Assembly: GCA_050248615.1 (NCBI GenBank)
Contig: JBFWSA010000007.1
Span: forward strand, 1 to 64,000
DNA from: Simkaniaceae bacterium
Lineage (GTDB): Bacteria > Chlamydiota > Chlamydiia > Chlamydiales > Simkaniaceae
Direction of reading: 5' to 3'
DNA length: 64,000 bases
Shown: one piece after another, positions 48,847 to 59,273 of the stretch
Numbering within the stretch: the first letter of the stretch is position 1
Layout: each line of letters starts with the position of its first letter
Translations under genes and position numbers: made by a program
The notes under the pieces: model-generated
Told to the model about the DNA's origin: nothing
Database searches by the model: none
What the model saw: the letters and a program-made list of their open reading frames with translations, nothing else

Positions 48847-48900
48847 TATACGGTGCTTTGGCGCATCCGAAAACCCAACTTTTGAAGTTATTTGCGTATA
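48847..48900. mobile_element. Truncated family A MITE (one end, ~50 bp) immediately upstream of oppB
   Basis: CGGTGCTTTGGCGCATCCGAAAACCCAACTTTTGAAGTTATTTGCGTATA aligns with 60862-60911. Confidence 0.85.
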
Positions 48901-48932
48901 AATCTAAGCTGATACCGTCTTTTTGTAAAGGT

Positions 48933-48981
48933 TAGTGCCTGACCGCAAAAGTCCTTCATGGAATTTTACGGTCAGGCACTA
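48933..48981. mobile_element. Internally deleted family C MITE (45 bp plus TA flanks)
   Basis: TA-GTGCCTGACCGCAAAAGTCCTTCATGGAATTTT…GGTCAGGCAC-TA; left end identical to 41809. Confidence 0.88.
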
Positions 48982-49099
48982 ATGGTTCTCAGAGTTAAAA
49001 GGAGATTCCACATTTCTTTTAGTCTTGCGTGACAGAAATTCTTAGCTTCTTTAAAATCATTTAAAAAAAATCCTAAGTGCAAGATAAATTATTAAAAGA

Positions 49100-49879
49100 T
49101 TGCGTTTATTAATTATTTTTTTGGGGGTCTTATTTCTAATGACAGGATGTACCCAAAAATATCATTTAAGTCCTGTTAGTAACGGAAATGAGACACAAGT
49201 TATTTTTAATCATGGAAGAGAGGTTGCTGTATCTGATGAATGTGAAACAAGATTTTTTATATCAGGAACTAAAGAGTCTTCAAGTGAATTAGTTTTGCAT
49301 GTTTTATATTTAAATAATAGTGACTCAAAAACCATGACCATCTACCCAGATAAGATTTCTGTTATGGGATATAATCAGTCTGGTATAACCAAAACATTTA
49401 AGACTTATTCTGCAGATGAGTATCTAAGGAAACTACGAAGAAGTCAAATGTGGACAACTATCCTTAGAGCCTTATCCGGCGCCTTGAATGCCTACAATGC
49501 AGGGCAGTCTACTTCAACAACCTATAGTACTACATCGGGTAACATTTATGGCTCAACGGGAAATAGCTACATGGCTTCCGGTACAACAATGTCTACAACT
49601 AACTCTTATGATCATCGAGCCACTGTAGAGGCTAATAATAGAAATCAAAGAAATCTAGATAGACTTAGTAAGAGACAATCCAACGCTTATAAAACTCTTG
49701 AGCAAAGTCTAATTAAAACAAATACGCTATTCCCTAAAAGCCATGTAGAGGGAAATATTATTGTGAAAGTTGATAATACCTATACCAAAAAGTTTGTCGT
49801 GACAGTTCCCTTTGGTGAAGAAACACACGTAATCACTTTTGTCCCTAAATCCATTGGTACATGCTCACAGGAGGGATAA
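49100..49879 (+). CDS. Hypothetical lipoprotein, AT-rich, probably horizontally acquired
   Basis: Lipobox MTGC; Ser/Thr-rich segment; visibly A/T-ending codons. Confidence 0.75.
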   Translation: MRLLIIFLGVLFLMTGCTQKYHLSPVSNGNETQVIFNHGREVAVSDECETRFFISGTKESSSELVLHVLYLNNSDSKTMTIYPDKISVMGYNQSGITKTFKTYSADEYLRKLRRSQMWTTILRALSGALNAYNAGQSTSTTYSTTSGNIYGSTGNSYMASGTTMSTTNSYDHRATVEANNRNQRNLDRLSKRQSNAYKTLEQSLIKTNTLFPKSHVEGNIIVKVDNTYTKKFVVTVPFGEETHVITFVPKSIGTCSQEG

Positions 49880-49887
49880 GATTTAAA

Positions 49888-49903
49888 TAATGCGTTAGCC
49901 CTG
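49888..49903. repeat. Solo terminal fragment of family B MITE
   Basis: TAATGCGTTAGCCCTG identical to 1814-1829. Confidence 0.65.
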
Positions 49904-49973
49904 AGGGTTCTCATTGCAAAATTATTAAAAATTAATGATAATGATGGACTTGAAACAAGTAGAGGATAAACGC

Positions 49974-51029
49974 ATGAATTACTCAAAAATTCAGTCTCTT
50001 TTAGGGGATAAAGCTAAAGAGCTTCTCGACCACAAATGCAAGACGATTTCACAAGATCTTCTGCACCTTCCCGGTCCCGATTGGATTGATCGCATTTTCT
50101 CGGGAACAGATCGTCACATCCGTGTCCTCCAAAATCTACAAGAAATTCTATCAACGGGTCGTTTAGCGCAGACAGGATACCTCTCGATTCTCCCTGTAGA
50201 CCAAGGGATTGAGCATAGCGCTGGAGCCTCTTTTGCCCCCAACCCGATCTACTTTGATCCTGAAAATATCATCAAGCTTGCGATTGAGGGGGGCTGTAAT
50301 GCTGTGGCAACAACTCTAGGAGTTTTAGGATCTATTGCCCGTAAATATGCCCATAAGATTCCCCTCATTCTCAAAATTAACCATAATCAACTCCTCTCTT
50401 ACCCCAACACCTACGATCAAATTTTATTTGGATCGATTAAACAAGCTTACGACATGGGATGTCGCGCTGTAGGGGCAACCATCTACTTTGGATCCCCAGA
50501 GAGCAACCGTCAAATTATGGAAGTTTCTCACGCTTTTGAAGTGGCCCATGAAATGGGAATGGTAACCATTCTGTGGTGTTACTTGCGCAATGCGGAATTT
50601 AAGACAAAAGAGACGGATTTTCACACTGCCGCTGACCTTACAGGGCAAGCCAATCACCTCGGTGTCACGATAGAGGCGGATATCATCAAACAAAAAGCCC
50701 CGACATGTAATGGGGGATTTAAAGCGCTCAACTTCGGCAAGCAAACAGAAAAAATGTATACGCAGCTTTGCTCCGACAACCCCATCGACCTCACCCGTTA
50801 CCAAGTGGCTAATAACTACATGGGAAGGATGGGACTGATCAATTCAGGTGGGGCCTCTGGAAAAAATGACTTAGCAGATGCAGTGGAAACAGCCGTCGTC
50901 AATAAACGTGCGGGGGGAATGGGACTCATCTCAGGACGCAAAGCTTTTCAAAAGCCGATGAAAGAGGGGGTAGAACTCCTGCATGCGATTCAAGATGTTT
51001 ACCTTTGTAAAGAAGTTTCTATAGCTTGA
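49974..51029 (+). CDS. fbaB: Class I fructose-bisphosphate aldolase (DhnA type)
   Basis: [45 protein letters not shown] before ATG 49974. Confidence 0.95.
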   Translation: MNYSKIQSLLGDKAKELLDHKCKTISQDLLHLPGPDWIDRIFSGTDRHIRVLQNLQEILSTGRLAQTGYLSILPVDQGIEHSAGASFAPNPIYFDPENIIKLAIEGGCNAVATTLGVLGSIARKYAHKIPLILKINHNQLLSYPNTYDQILFGSIKQAYDMGCRAVGATIYFGSPESNRQIMEVSHAFEVAHEMGMVTILWCYLRNAEFKTKETDFHTAADLTGQANHLGVTIEADIIKQKAPTCNGGFKALNFGKQTEKMYTQLCSDNPIDLTRYQVANNYMGRMGLINSGGASGKNDLADAVETAVVNKRAGGMGLISGRKAFQKPMKEGVELLHAIQDVYLCKEVSIA

Positions 51030-51079
51030 ACATAATCCCATCATTCACTTAGAATATTCCTCCTTTTTTTGGAGGAAAT

Positions 51080-52510
51080 ATGACAAGTATTGATGCTGTT
51101 GGTGGAGAATCTCTTCCCTTTACAATGGACACCTGTGAAGCCCTACCTGAATATGAGCAAGCAGTCAAATCCTATGTAGATCCAGGCCCTCATTCGGGCT
51201 TTATACGCATGAGAGAGGAACAAGCCCTACAAAGCGTTATTTTTCAGCTCCAAAATACTCTCATCCTCCACGAAAAATGTCAGAATATTTATACTCAAAC
51301 AACTTCAAAAGTTGGTTGAGTATACAAGCTCATCCAGAATGTCTCCTATCCCTGGGATCAGGAGTGGCTTTTAGTAAAGTTGATTAAGAACCTAGCTCCT
51401 ATTGATCCTCACTTAGCCCTAAAATATTTACCTTATGTTGAAGATGAAACTTATCAATTTCTCCTTAAATTAACCATCGCAGAGTCCCTTCCCGATCGCG
51501 AGGCTGCAGCACTCATTCAGACGCTGAAAACACCTCTACCTCTTCAGGAACCCTTTAAACTTTACTGGATCTACCTCTTAGAGGAGGAGCGTCAATTCCC
51601 TCAAGCAGAGGATACGTTATCTACAACTCTGGCAGCCGATTTTAAAACAGTCGAGGGACTAGCCGTTCAAGCCTATTTTCTGGGGATGAATGGAAAACGA
51701 GAGGAAGCACAAGAAAAACTTGAAAAGGCTTTTGCCCTATTTTCCCTTCCCCCATCTCCCTTAAGAAAAGCCTTAGAAGATGAAGACTCTCGCTACTGGA
51801 GCTCTGCTGAGGACCTTTATGGTATGCTTTTTGTAGCTGCAGAGTTTCAATTACCGCTTGTAGACACTCTTCTTGAAGCCTTCTATCAACACGCCTTTCA
51901 AACGAAATTTTCTTATCAGAAATTAGCTGTATTAGAAGATGTTTTTTAAATTTTAACTTTGAAGCCGGAGCTTCATGTCAAGCTAGAGGAAAACCTAGAA
52001 AGGGTCATCACCTATTTACAATCTTTAAGCTTGAGTGATCCAGAGGATAGAGAATATACCTTTTATTCGATCTGCCAGTTATTGATACCGGTGCGCCCCG
52101 ATTTAGCAAAAAAACTCCTGCCCCTTATTTCTGATGTTTATGACCAAACATCGTGTCGCATCGCCCTTTTTGCGCACACTCAAGAAGGAGATTTAGAGAC
52201 TTTATCGAAGCTTGTGCAAAAACACGGTGACTACTCTCTCCACTTGGAATTTGCTCGTGCTGTTTACGAACAATTGGGGATAGAACAGGCTCTTCCCCTG
52301 ATAGATGGAGCCAAAAAGTATATTGAAGACCCTTGGGATTTGGCTCTCTTATTAGAGCTGGAGCTAGAGTGCAACCTTCCTCGAGCCCAAGAAACCCTGG
52401 CTGCCCTCTATCAAGAGATCGAAGAGGATCCCAGCTATCTAGAAGAAGCTTTAGAAGCCATCATCCATGCAGAGCTTAATTTTTCTTTTGCCAGGGGAAA
52501 GGGGGTTTAG
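51080..52510 (+). pseudogene. Single helical-repeat-like hypothetical gene broken by two in-frame stops
   Basis: ORFs 51080, 51380 and 51959 share one frame; TGA 51317-19 comes from a MITE remnant and TAA 51947-49 is a lone stop; GGAGG RBS before 51080. Confidence 0.8.
51290..51324. mobile_element. Collapsed 35-bp family A MITE remnant
   Basis: TATACTCAAACAACTTCAAAAGTTGG-TTGAGTATA. Confidence 0.9.
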
Positions 52511-55500
52511 GGGGGGGGACGTCCGATTGGTCATCAGCGAGATCTCCAATAGCTCCTAGGACTTGCCCCCATACACCAGCTTTAGGGGCAATCTGTTTCC
52601 GCGCAACAAGAAAAGCGATCTTTCCTGTTGCAGCCCCCGTATCAATCTGCACATTTCCAAAGGGGCCTTCGACAGGAACCTTAAGAACGTAATCAGGCCC
52701 TACGCTGGTAATGCCCAGTGCAGCACCCATGGCTTGAGCCGTCAGCCCTAGAATCATATCAACATAGCGGCGAGCAAAATTAACATTTCCCCATAGGCAC
52801 ACCTGAAGGGCATGGTTGTAGAGAATTTCTGTCCGATCAACGAACATGTTCCCTTGGCGCATATTGCATTCCATGGGAGCAAACCAAAAGGAAGTATTTT
52901 TGTCCCCCTGATTTTTAAATAAACTGCTGACAGCAGAAGCACTTCCGGTATTTTTACAGACAATTTGTCCTAAATCGAGTTGACCATAATTGAAGTTCAT
53001 ATTGCGCATATGGAGGTTTTTTAGGGGAACGGAAAATCCCTTAGGATTGAGGAAAAGGGTAATCGGTTTTTCCATAGCAACAACAACCAGGTTTGCGCTC
53101 CGCTCTAAAATGCGGTTGAGCTGAGGAGTAATGGTAAAAGCTGCCTTAAAGGGCTCTTTTAAATAGATCACTCCATCTGAGACAATCCCTGCAAAAGAGG
53201 CGCGACACCCCGTTGCATCGATATCCATCGTAAGCGCTCCTTGACTCTTTTGGATATCGGCATCAAAGGTAGCGTTGAATAAATCGCCTAGAAATGCTGA
53301 AGGAGGATAGCCCCCTCTTTGATCAAAACGGGTGAGTGCATCGACAAAAACGCTTGGCAGATTTTTGATCGTAGCATGGATTTCTGTTGTCACTGCGCTT
53401 AAATCGAATGTCCCTGTCTGAGATAAAAAATTCTCCAGATTCCCTTCACCGCGTACGCTTCCTGTTTGCCCTTGTCCCTCTGGACGGATATTTCCCTCAA
53501 ATTTAAAAGATAGGGGAGTATTCCCCATGCCCCCCTTTTTAATCCCAAAATCAAACTGATTAAGTTTTGTTGCTATCCCAGTGATCCCTTGTTTTAAGAT
53601 CAAATCTTCTATACGCACTTGCGCATCAAACAGGCTTTTGTAGAGATTAAAATCGACTTTAGGAAAGGCTTTTCCATTTTCTTGAACAGGTATCCCTAAT
53701 GAACTCACTTGAATTTTCAGCTGAGAGGTCCCTTGAATTTCAAAAAGAGGGTTATTCGGAACTTCGGGAACATTAGGTCGTCGCCACCGCTGGAAAGCAT
53801 CATAGGATTTTTCTGTGAGTTTCCATTCCATTTTTAAAGGGGAACGGGGACTTCTTAATTCTAGCTGGTTTCCTACAGCAAAAGCCCCTTCTAATTTTAA
53901 GTCTCGGCTATCGACTTTAAGGTCGATGTTCTGTCCCTTCGTTTGGCGTGCCATTTGATAATTGAGAGTCAAGGAGGGGCCGATCATGTCAGGTAACTGT
54001 CCTCGCATGCCCAGAAAAGCATCCGCAATTTGTGAGGAAAAATCTTTTAGGGTGGCTTTCACACTCGTGGGGTCTTTAAGTAAATGACTCGCACTACCGG
54101 AAGAGCGAAGCTCAAGGCCTACGCTCCCTGCATGAATTCCTTTCTCGGCACCCTTAGCACTCAAGAGAACCTCTTGGGATTCTTTTTTCCCATCCAGATC
54201 AAAATCGATGGTGACATCATGAAAGTCAAAAGGATATCCGCTACTCGGTGCATAAAGTGCTAACTCTTCAATCCGCCCTGCCCCTTTTACAGAAAGGGCC
54301 GAAAAAGCGGTTTTCTTAAGGGGAAGCTGACTGGGCCTGACAGCAATTTGAAAGGGTGTGGGTTTAGCAAGGAGGGGATAGGCACTTTCTTTCGCTAAAA
54401 AGGGGTTGATCTGTTCAGGTTCTAGGAGAAAATGAATTTCCAAAGGTTTGGATAGAATAAGGGTGCTCTTTTCAATCGCTCCCTCAAGCGTGCTTTTGAA
54501 CTTTCTTCCATCCAATAAGATCAAAAGGGGAGAGACTGCTATTTCCTCTTTCCACTTCAAACTGCCTGAAGTTTTGACACCTATTTCAGAACCAAGCAGA
54601 GAAAGACCCCAAGTATTCGGCAAGAAATCTAGACGACTGGTTCCATTAAATTGGACATGATCCAGGCTTGTTGCTCTTACATCTAAATCAACAAAGGGAA
54701 GGATAATCCCCCCCAGAGCAAAAAGATTTTGTAATTGAATATTTTGCCCTTGAGTCTGAAGATCAAACGTTGCCTTTGCAAAGTCCAAATGAAGACCTTT
54801 GAGTGGGATCATAAGGGTGTTGAGAGTCCCTGTGAGGGTAACAGGTCTGGCTAACTCAGGATAGAGGGTTTGAGACACCACATAGGTCAGAGAGGTAGGC
54901 TGCACCAAACGGGCAACATCTGAAAGAATAAAAAGCGTTTCGGGGATTTTCAGAAGGGGAGTTTGCAAGGAGAGCGCTAGCTCATCATCAGACCGCATCA
55001 ATCTACCACTGGCAAAGGCTCCCAGATACTTGACAGAATCACTCTTTTTCCAAAGATCGATCAGCGCTAAAGGAAGGTTATTAAAATTTAGATCAAATTT
55101 TGGATAGGCGCGCATTTTATCTAGGGGATTTTGGATGGTAGCTGTCCCTTTGAACTGCGCCTCAGAAGGGGAAGTATGACTTAAAGCACCGTTAAAAGTG
55201 ACATCCAACAACGCTTCTAGTTTGTTTGTATGAAAATCACTACTCAGATCACTCACTAAAATATCTTGCTGGATCTCCTCTAAGAATACACGTCCTCCTG
55301 TAAAACGGATATTTCCCGTTGCTGCCAGTTCCCTCCACGCAAGCTTATGATCCTTGAGAGGGATGGAAGCTGCTGTCAGCCATATTTCTGCCTGTGCATC
55401 ACTTTTGAGCGGGACCTTTTCCATGAAAACATTCCCAATGAGAGGCTTGATCGTCCAAGCGATCCGTCCTTCATTGACAAGAGTGAGCAGCGCATTTTGA

Positions 55501-56318
55501 TAAGAGGTGCTTAGGTTCACAAGAAGGCGAGGGGAACGGACAGTTAAAACCATACTTTGACCCGCTTGATCAGGAAGTACCCTTAAAGATAAATTCAATG
55601 TGTCCCCCAAAGCAGCCAGTAGCATCCCTGCATGCTTCGGATTTAGGGTGCCCAACACTTGATCTAAGCCCCAAACAGGGAAATTGTTAATTTGTGCCTC
55701 GCCTTCAATCCAGCTGTTGGTCTTAACATGAATATTAAAGTCTCCTGAGAGGGCATTTTGCTCCGTTTTTCCTTGAGCTATCACAGTGTAAGAAGAGGAG
55801 TGTTTAGGCGTATCGAATTCTAAATGGACCTCTTGCACAGAAACCAAGGTTCTTCCATTATCTAGGGTTTCTATTTTTCCCTTTTCAACAATGAGCTTTC
55901 CACTATAGTTCGACCAGACTTTCCCTAACTTTTCTTTTTCTTTAGCGACTCGTTTCTGTGTTTCGGGTTTAACAGATGGACCTTTAGCTTGGATTGTAAT
56001 CGTAGGGGATTTGAGTTTCGTTTCTCCTGTATCTCCACTTCTAAATAGGAGATTCCAAAAAGAGCAAGTCGATGTAAGTTGATTAAACGTTACCTTGAGC
56101 CCTTTTCCATCATCTAGTGTAAAAGCATCCACTTGTTGGATACCAAACCAACTCAAATCTAGATCTTCAATAGCTATCTTAGCATGGGTTGCCTTTTCTA
56201 TTTTTCCAATAATAAAGCGTTTTCCGGCATCGGTGGAAAGAAGGGTAGGCACTAGGGCGACTAAAATGAGAAAGACACCTAACAAGGTGCCGACAATACT
56301 CAAGATCCATTTTTTCAT
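52476..56318 (-). CDS. Large AsmA/TamB-like periplasmic beta-rich protein (1280 aa)
   Basis: N-terminal TM anchor, P-LLST…IEDLDLSW start, recurring N(L/F)PxxxxD…LG repeats. Confidence 0.65.
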   Translation of the reverse strand: MKKWILSIVGTLLGVFLILVALVPTLLSTDAGKRFIIGKIEKATHAKIAIEDLDLSWFGIQQVDAFTLDDGKGLKVTFNQLTSTCSFWNLLFRSGDTGETKLKSPTITIQAKGPSVKPETQKRVAKEKEKLGKVWSNYSGKLIVEKGKIETLDNGRTLVSVQEVHLEFDTPKHSSSYTVIAQGKTEQNALSGDFNIHVKTNSWIEGEAQINNFPVWGLDQVLGTLNPKHAGMLLAALGDTLNLSLRVLPDQAGQSMVLTVRSPRLLVNLSTSYQNALLTLVNEGRIAWTIKPLIGNVFMEKVPLKSDAQAEIWLTAASIPLKDHKLAWRELAATGNIRFTGGRVFLEEIQQDILVSDLSSDFHTNKLEALLDVTFNGALSHTSPSEAQFKGTATIQNPLDKMRAYPKFDLNFNNLPLALIDLWKKSDSVKYLGAFASGRLMRSDDELALSLQTPLLKIPETLFILSDVARLVQPTSLTYVVSQTLYPELARPVTLTGTLNTLMIPLKGLHLDFAKATFDLQTQGQNIQLQNLFALGGIILPFVDLDVRATSLDHVQFNGTSRLDFLPNTWGLSLLGSEIGVKTSGSLKWKEEIAVSPLLILLDGRKFKSTLEGAIEKSTLILSKPLEIHFLLEPEQINPFLAKESAYPLLAKPTPFQIAVRPSQLPLKKTAFSALSVKGAGRIEELALYAPSSGYPFDFHDVTIDFDLDGKKESQEVLLSAKGAEKGIHAGSVGLELRSSGSASHLLKDPTSVKATLKDFSSQIADAFLGMRGQLPDMIGPSLTLNYQMARQTKGQNIDLKVDSRDLKLEGAFAVGNQLELRSPRSPLKMEWKLTEKSYDAFQRWRRPNVPEVPNNPLFEIQGTSQLKIQVSSLGIPVQENGKAFPKVDFNLYKSLFDAQVRIEDLILKQGITGIATKLNQFDFGIKKGGMGNTPLSFKFEGNIRPEGQGQTGSVRGEGNLENFLSQTGTFDLSAVTTEIHATIKNLPSVFVDALTRFDQRGGYPPSAFLGDLFNATFDADIQKSQGALTMDIDATGCRASFAGIVSDGVIYLKEPFKAAFTITPQLNRILERSANLVVVAMEKPITLFLNPKGFSVPLKNLHMRNMNFNYGQLDLGQIVCKNTGSASAVSSLFKNQGDKNTSFWFAPMECNMRQGNMFVDRTEILYNHALQVCLWGNVNFARRYVDMILGLTAQAMGAALGITSVGPDYVLKVPVEGPFGNVQIDTGAATGKIAFLVARKQIAPKAGVWGQVLGAIGDLADDQSDVPPPKPPFPWQKKN

Positions 56319-56875
56319 TTATTTACCCACTGGTTGTACCATAAAAGGCCTGCTACTGTTTTGGCATCAATAATTTTTCCCTGATGGATCATTTCTAGAG
56401 CCTGGTTTAAAGGGATTTCTAAAAGGTCTATTTCCTCAGAATCATCTCCGACTAAGGGATCATAACTTAGCCCCCTTGCAAGATATAAGTAGAGATATTC
56501 TGAAAAAACCCCCGGTGCCGAATAAAACCCTCCTAGAGGTGTGATTTCACTGGCTTTGAACCCAGTTTCCTCTCTGAGTTCTCGATCGGCACAAACCTGA
56601 GGATCTTCCCCTTTTTCCAACGTGCCGGCTGGGAGTTCAATAAGGATTTGATTCGCTGCGCGACGCCATTGTTTGACAAGGATAAGATGTCCTGCATCAT
56701 TCACAGGAATCAATGCAACAGCTCCAGGATGGAGAATAAGATCAAAGGTTTTCGTGAGATGATTCTCATAATAGATCTGATCACGTACCACTTTAAAGAG
56801 TTTTCCCTGATGGATTTCTATACGCTTGACCTGAGCATTTTTTTCTAGATGGGCTCGCGTTTCTGACTTACTCAC
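56315..56875 (-). CDS. NUDIX hydrolase, ADP-ribose pyrophosphatase-like
   Basis: HPGAVAL, ELPAGTLEKGEDPQVCADRELREETG Nudix box, IIDAKT. Confidence 0.92.
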   Translation of the reverse strand: MSKSETRAHLEKNAQVKRIEIHQGKLFKVVRDQIYYENHLTKTFDLILHPGAVALIPVNDAGHLILVKQWRRAANQILIELPAGTLEKGEDPQVCADRELREETGFKASEITPLGGFYSAPGVFSEYLYLYLARGLSYDPLVGDDSEEIDLLEIPLNQALEMIHQGKIIDAKTVAGLLWYNQWVNK

Positions 56876-57602
56876 TTTTTAGTTCACTCGGTGAAAGGGG
56901 TTGATAATCTTTATGATAGGGAGAAATTTTCCCTTCTCCATGAATACGATCTTCGATGGTGCGAGGGGATCCTACATAATGCACATGCCCATATCCGGTA
57001 ATATTCACTTTTAATGTCTCTTTCACATGCACATAAGCTGTTCCTACTCCTTCGATGAGTACATTTCCATTAACAGCTTCTAAGTCTTGGCTTTCGAAAG
57101 CCCCTGATCTCTTAATATAAATCATCTCTTCTTTCACTTTTCCTTTTAAGACTGTGCGCCCTCCTCCTTCTAAATATACAGCCAATCGGTCAAAGTCAAT
57201 GTTTCCTTCTACAAGGGCTGCACCGGGAACATTGATATGGATCAAAAGGGTTTCTCCCTTTAACCGATCAATATCAAGAGAGACACTTCCAGTGACGAAA
57301 ATCTTCTTAAGATCTTTTACTATGAGTTCCCCTTCGATGTAATCGGAAACACTCATATATAAGAAGGGGTCTTTAGTCTTTACCGAGAGAATGCCTTGTT
57401 GAAAGTGAATGTCGGTATTATTTAACTGACGCTCAGTTCCTTTGATTGTGAACGTATTTTTATCTCCCTGTTTGATCTCAATATGCCCTGTTCCTTGATA
57501 ACTAAACCCGTCTAAATAGTCATAGTTATACGTCCGATTCAAATCTTGAGCAAAGGATTGGATAGAAAGGAGATAAAAAATGAAACAGAGACATAAACGC
57601 AT
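56868..57602 (-). CDS. Exported GIN/DUF2807-like beta-helix protein
   Basis: Signal peptide; EIKQGD, repeated G-S/G-x-G strands (VTGSV, EGVGT, TGYGHVHYVGSP). Confidence 0.75.
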   Translation of the reverse strand: MRLCLCFIFYLLSIQSFAQDLNRTYNYDYLDGFSYQGTGHIEIKQGDKNTFTIKGTERQLNNTDIHFQQGILSVKTKDPFLYMSVSDYIEGELIVKDLKKIFVTGSVSLDIDRLKGETLLIHINVPGAALVEGNIDFDRLAVYLEGGGRTVLKGKVKEEMIYIKRSGAFESQDLEAVNGNVLIEGVGTAYVHVKETLKVNITGYGHVHYVGSPRTIEDRIHGEGKISPYHKDYQPLSPSELKSE

Positions 57603-57607
57603 TTTCG

Positions 57608-57636
57608 AAACCAACTTTTGAAGTTGTTTGAGTATA
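57608..57636. repeat. Solo family A TIR between divergent genes
   Basis: AAACCAACTTTTGAAGTTGTTTGAGTATA identical to 61876-61904. Confidence 0.88.
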
Positions 57637-57723
57637 CGTTTCCACTGTAGGACCCTTTGTTATAAATTTCAATACCCTTGAAGAAAATAGGTGGGGCGCA
57701 TAAGGTGAGGGCAGGAGCGGGGA

Positions 57724-59235
57724 ATGAAGTTTCGTACGAAATTATTCTACTCATTTATTTCTCTGGGGCTTATGAGCACCTTACTGGCACTCTTCATTAT
57801 CTATGGAGAAGCCTCCCGACTCATCTTTGAAGAGATTCGGAGTAAAATCCTTTCGCTCGTTGTTAACTCCGAACAACTGATTAATTCCGCTGATGTTCAA
57901 GCTTTTATCGATAGTGGAGGAGATACCCAGTCCTCAGCTTACCAAAAAATCAATGGAGAACTGATCAATATCCGAGACTTCAACAGAAGGTCTGATATCT
58001 ATGTGGAGTATGTGTATTTATTAGGACAATACCCCGAATCCAATCACTATTTTTTTATTCTCGATCTAGATGCCAGTGGGACAAAAGGAAAGACCCACTT
58101 TGGAGAAGCCTATCCTACCCGCTTAGAGATGAAGGGAGATATTGTTACCCCTTTTGTCACTACCCATATCTATTCGGATGAGTGGGGTACATGGCTCACA
58201 GGCTATGCACCTATCTACAATCAAGAGGGTAAACGCATTGCCCTCTTAGGCATAGATGTTCGCACGAAAGAGATTTATTTGGAGCTGGAAAAACTCTTGC
58301 TCTATGGTCTTGTCGCCTTTGCCATTTCTATCGGTGTGGCAGTGGTTTTTGCCTATTTTCTTTCTAAACTTGTTTCCTCTTCCCTCTCTGTTCTTTGTGA
58401 TACCGTAAAATGCATTGGTAAAGGGGATTTTTCTTGTCGCTCTCCGCTTCATACCCGTGATGAGTTTAACGAACTTTCCATAGCAATTAATACGATGGCC
58501 AAAGGGTTAGAAGAGAGAGAACGTCTTAAAATGGGGTTTGCCCGCTATGTCTCTCAATACGCTTTAGAAGAGCTTTTAAAGCTCGATCAACCCATCACCC
58601 TTCAAGGGGAACGGAAAAAAGTCACCATGCTTTTTTCTGATATTCGCCATTTCACCAGTATGGCCGAAGAGCTCCCCCCAGAAGAGGTCCTCAAAATTCT
58701 CAATGAATACTTCGAAGAGATGATCGAAGTGATCTTTAATTATGGGGGAACCCTAGATAAATTTATTGGAGATGGGATGATGGTGGAGTTTGGAGCTCCT
58801 CTTGAAGATAAACTGCAAGAGTTGCATGCCGTACTCGCCGGTGTTCATATGCAGCTCCATCTTGAAAAACTTAACGATAAGTGGGAGAAAGAGGGAAAGC
58901 CTCGCTTAGAAATGGGAGTTGGGATTCATACCGGACTCGCAGTCCTAGGAAACATTGGATCCGATAGACGTATGGAATACACCGCAATTGGAGATACGGT
59001 CAATGTGGCCTCTCGTTTAGAACGTTTCACCAAGAAAATTGAAAAACCTATTATTATCTCCAAAAGCGTCTATGAGAAGGTGAAAGATCACTTTATTTTC
59101 GAGGACTTAAAAGAGATCCAAATCCCTGGTAGAAAAGGGTTCATCCAAGCATACTCCCTTGACCCCCACACCCAAAAGGATCTTCACCAACTCGAACTGA
59201 TTCAGGATCAGCACCGCCTAGAAGAAGAAAAATAG
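57724..59235 (+). CDS. Membrane-bound class III adenylate cyclase (periplasmic sensor, HAMP, catalytic domain)
   Basis: Two TM helices, RDEFNEL HAMP, LFSDIRHFT, LDKFIGDG, YTAIGDTVNVASRLE. Confidence 0.92.
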   Translation: MKFRTKLFYSFISLGLMSTLLALFIIYGEASRLIFEEIRSKILSLVVNSEQLINSADVQAFIDSGGDTQSSAYQKINGELINIRDFNRRSDIYVEYVYLLGQYPESNHYFFILDLDASGTKGKTHFGEAYPTRLEMKGDIVTPFVTTHIYSDEWGTWLTGYAPIYNQEGKRIALLGIDVRTKEIYLELEKLLLYGLVAFAISIGVAVVFAYFLSKLVSSSLSVLCDTVKCIGKGDFSCRSPLHTRDEFNELSIAINTMAKGLEERERLKMGFARYVSQYALEELLKLDQPITLQGERKKVTMLFSDIRHFTSMAEELPPEEVLKILNEYFEEMIEVIFNYGGTLDKFIGDGMMVEFGAPLEDKLQELHAVLAGVHMQLHLEKLNDKWEKEGKPRLEMGVGIHTGLAVLGNIGSDRRMEYTAIGDTVNVASRLERFTKKIEKPIIISKSVYEKVKDHFIFEDLKEIQIPGRKGFIQAYSLDPHTQKDLHQLELIQDQHRLEEEK

Positions 59236-59273
59236 CTTGCCAAGCAACCCTGCCTTTCACTATTAGAACAATT

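Noticed and set aside
51317..51319. In-frame TGA as selenocysteine or recoded stop
   Set aside because: The codon lies inside a MITE scar, and other genes in the window use TGA as a normal stop
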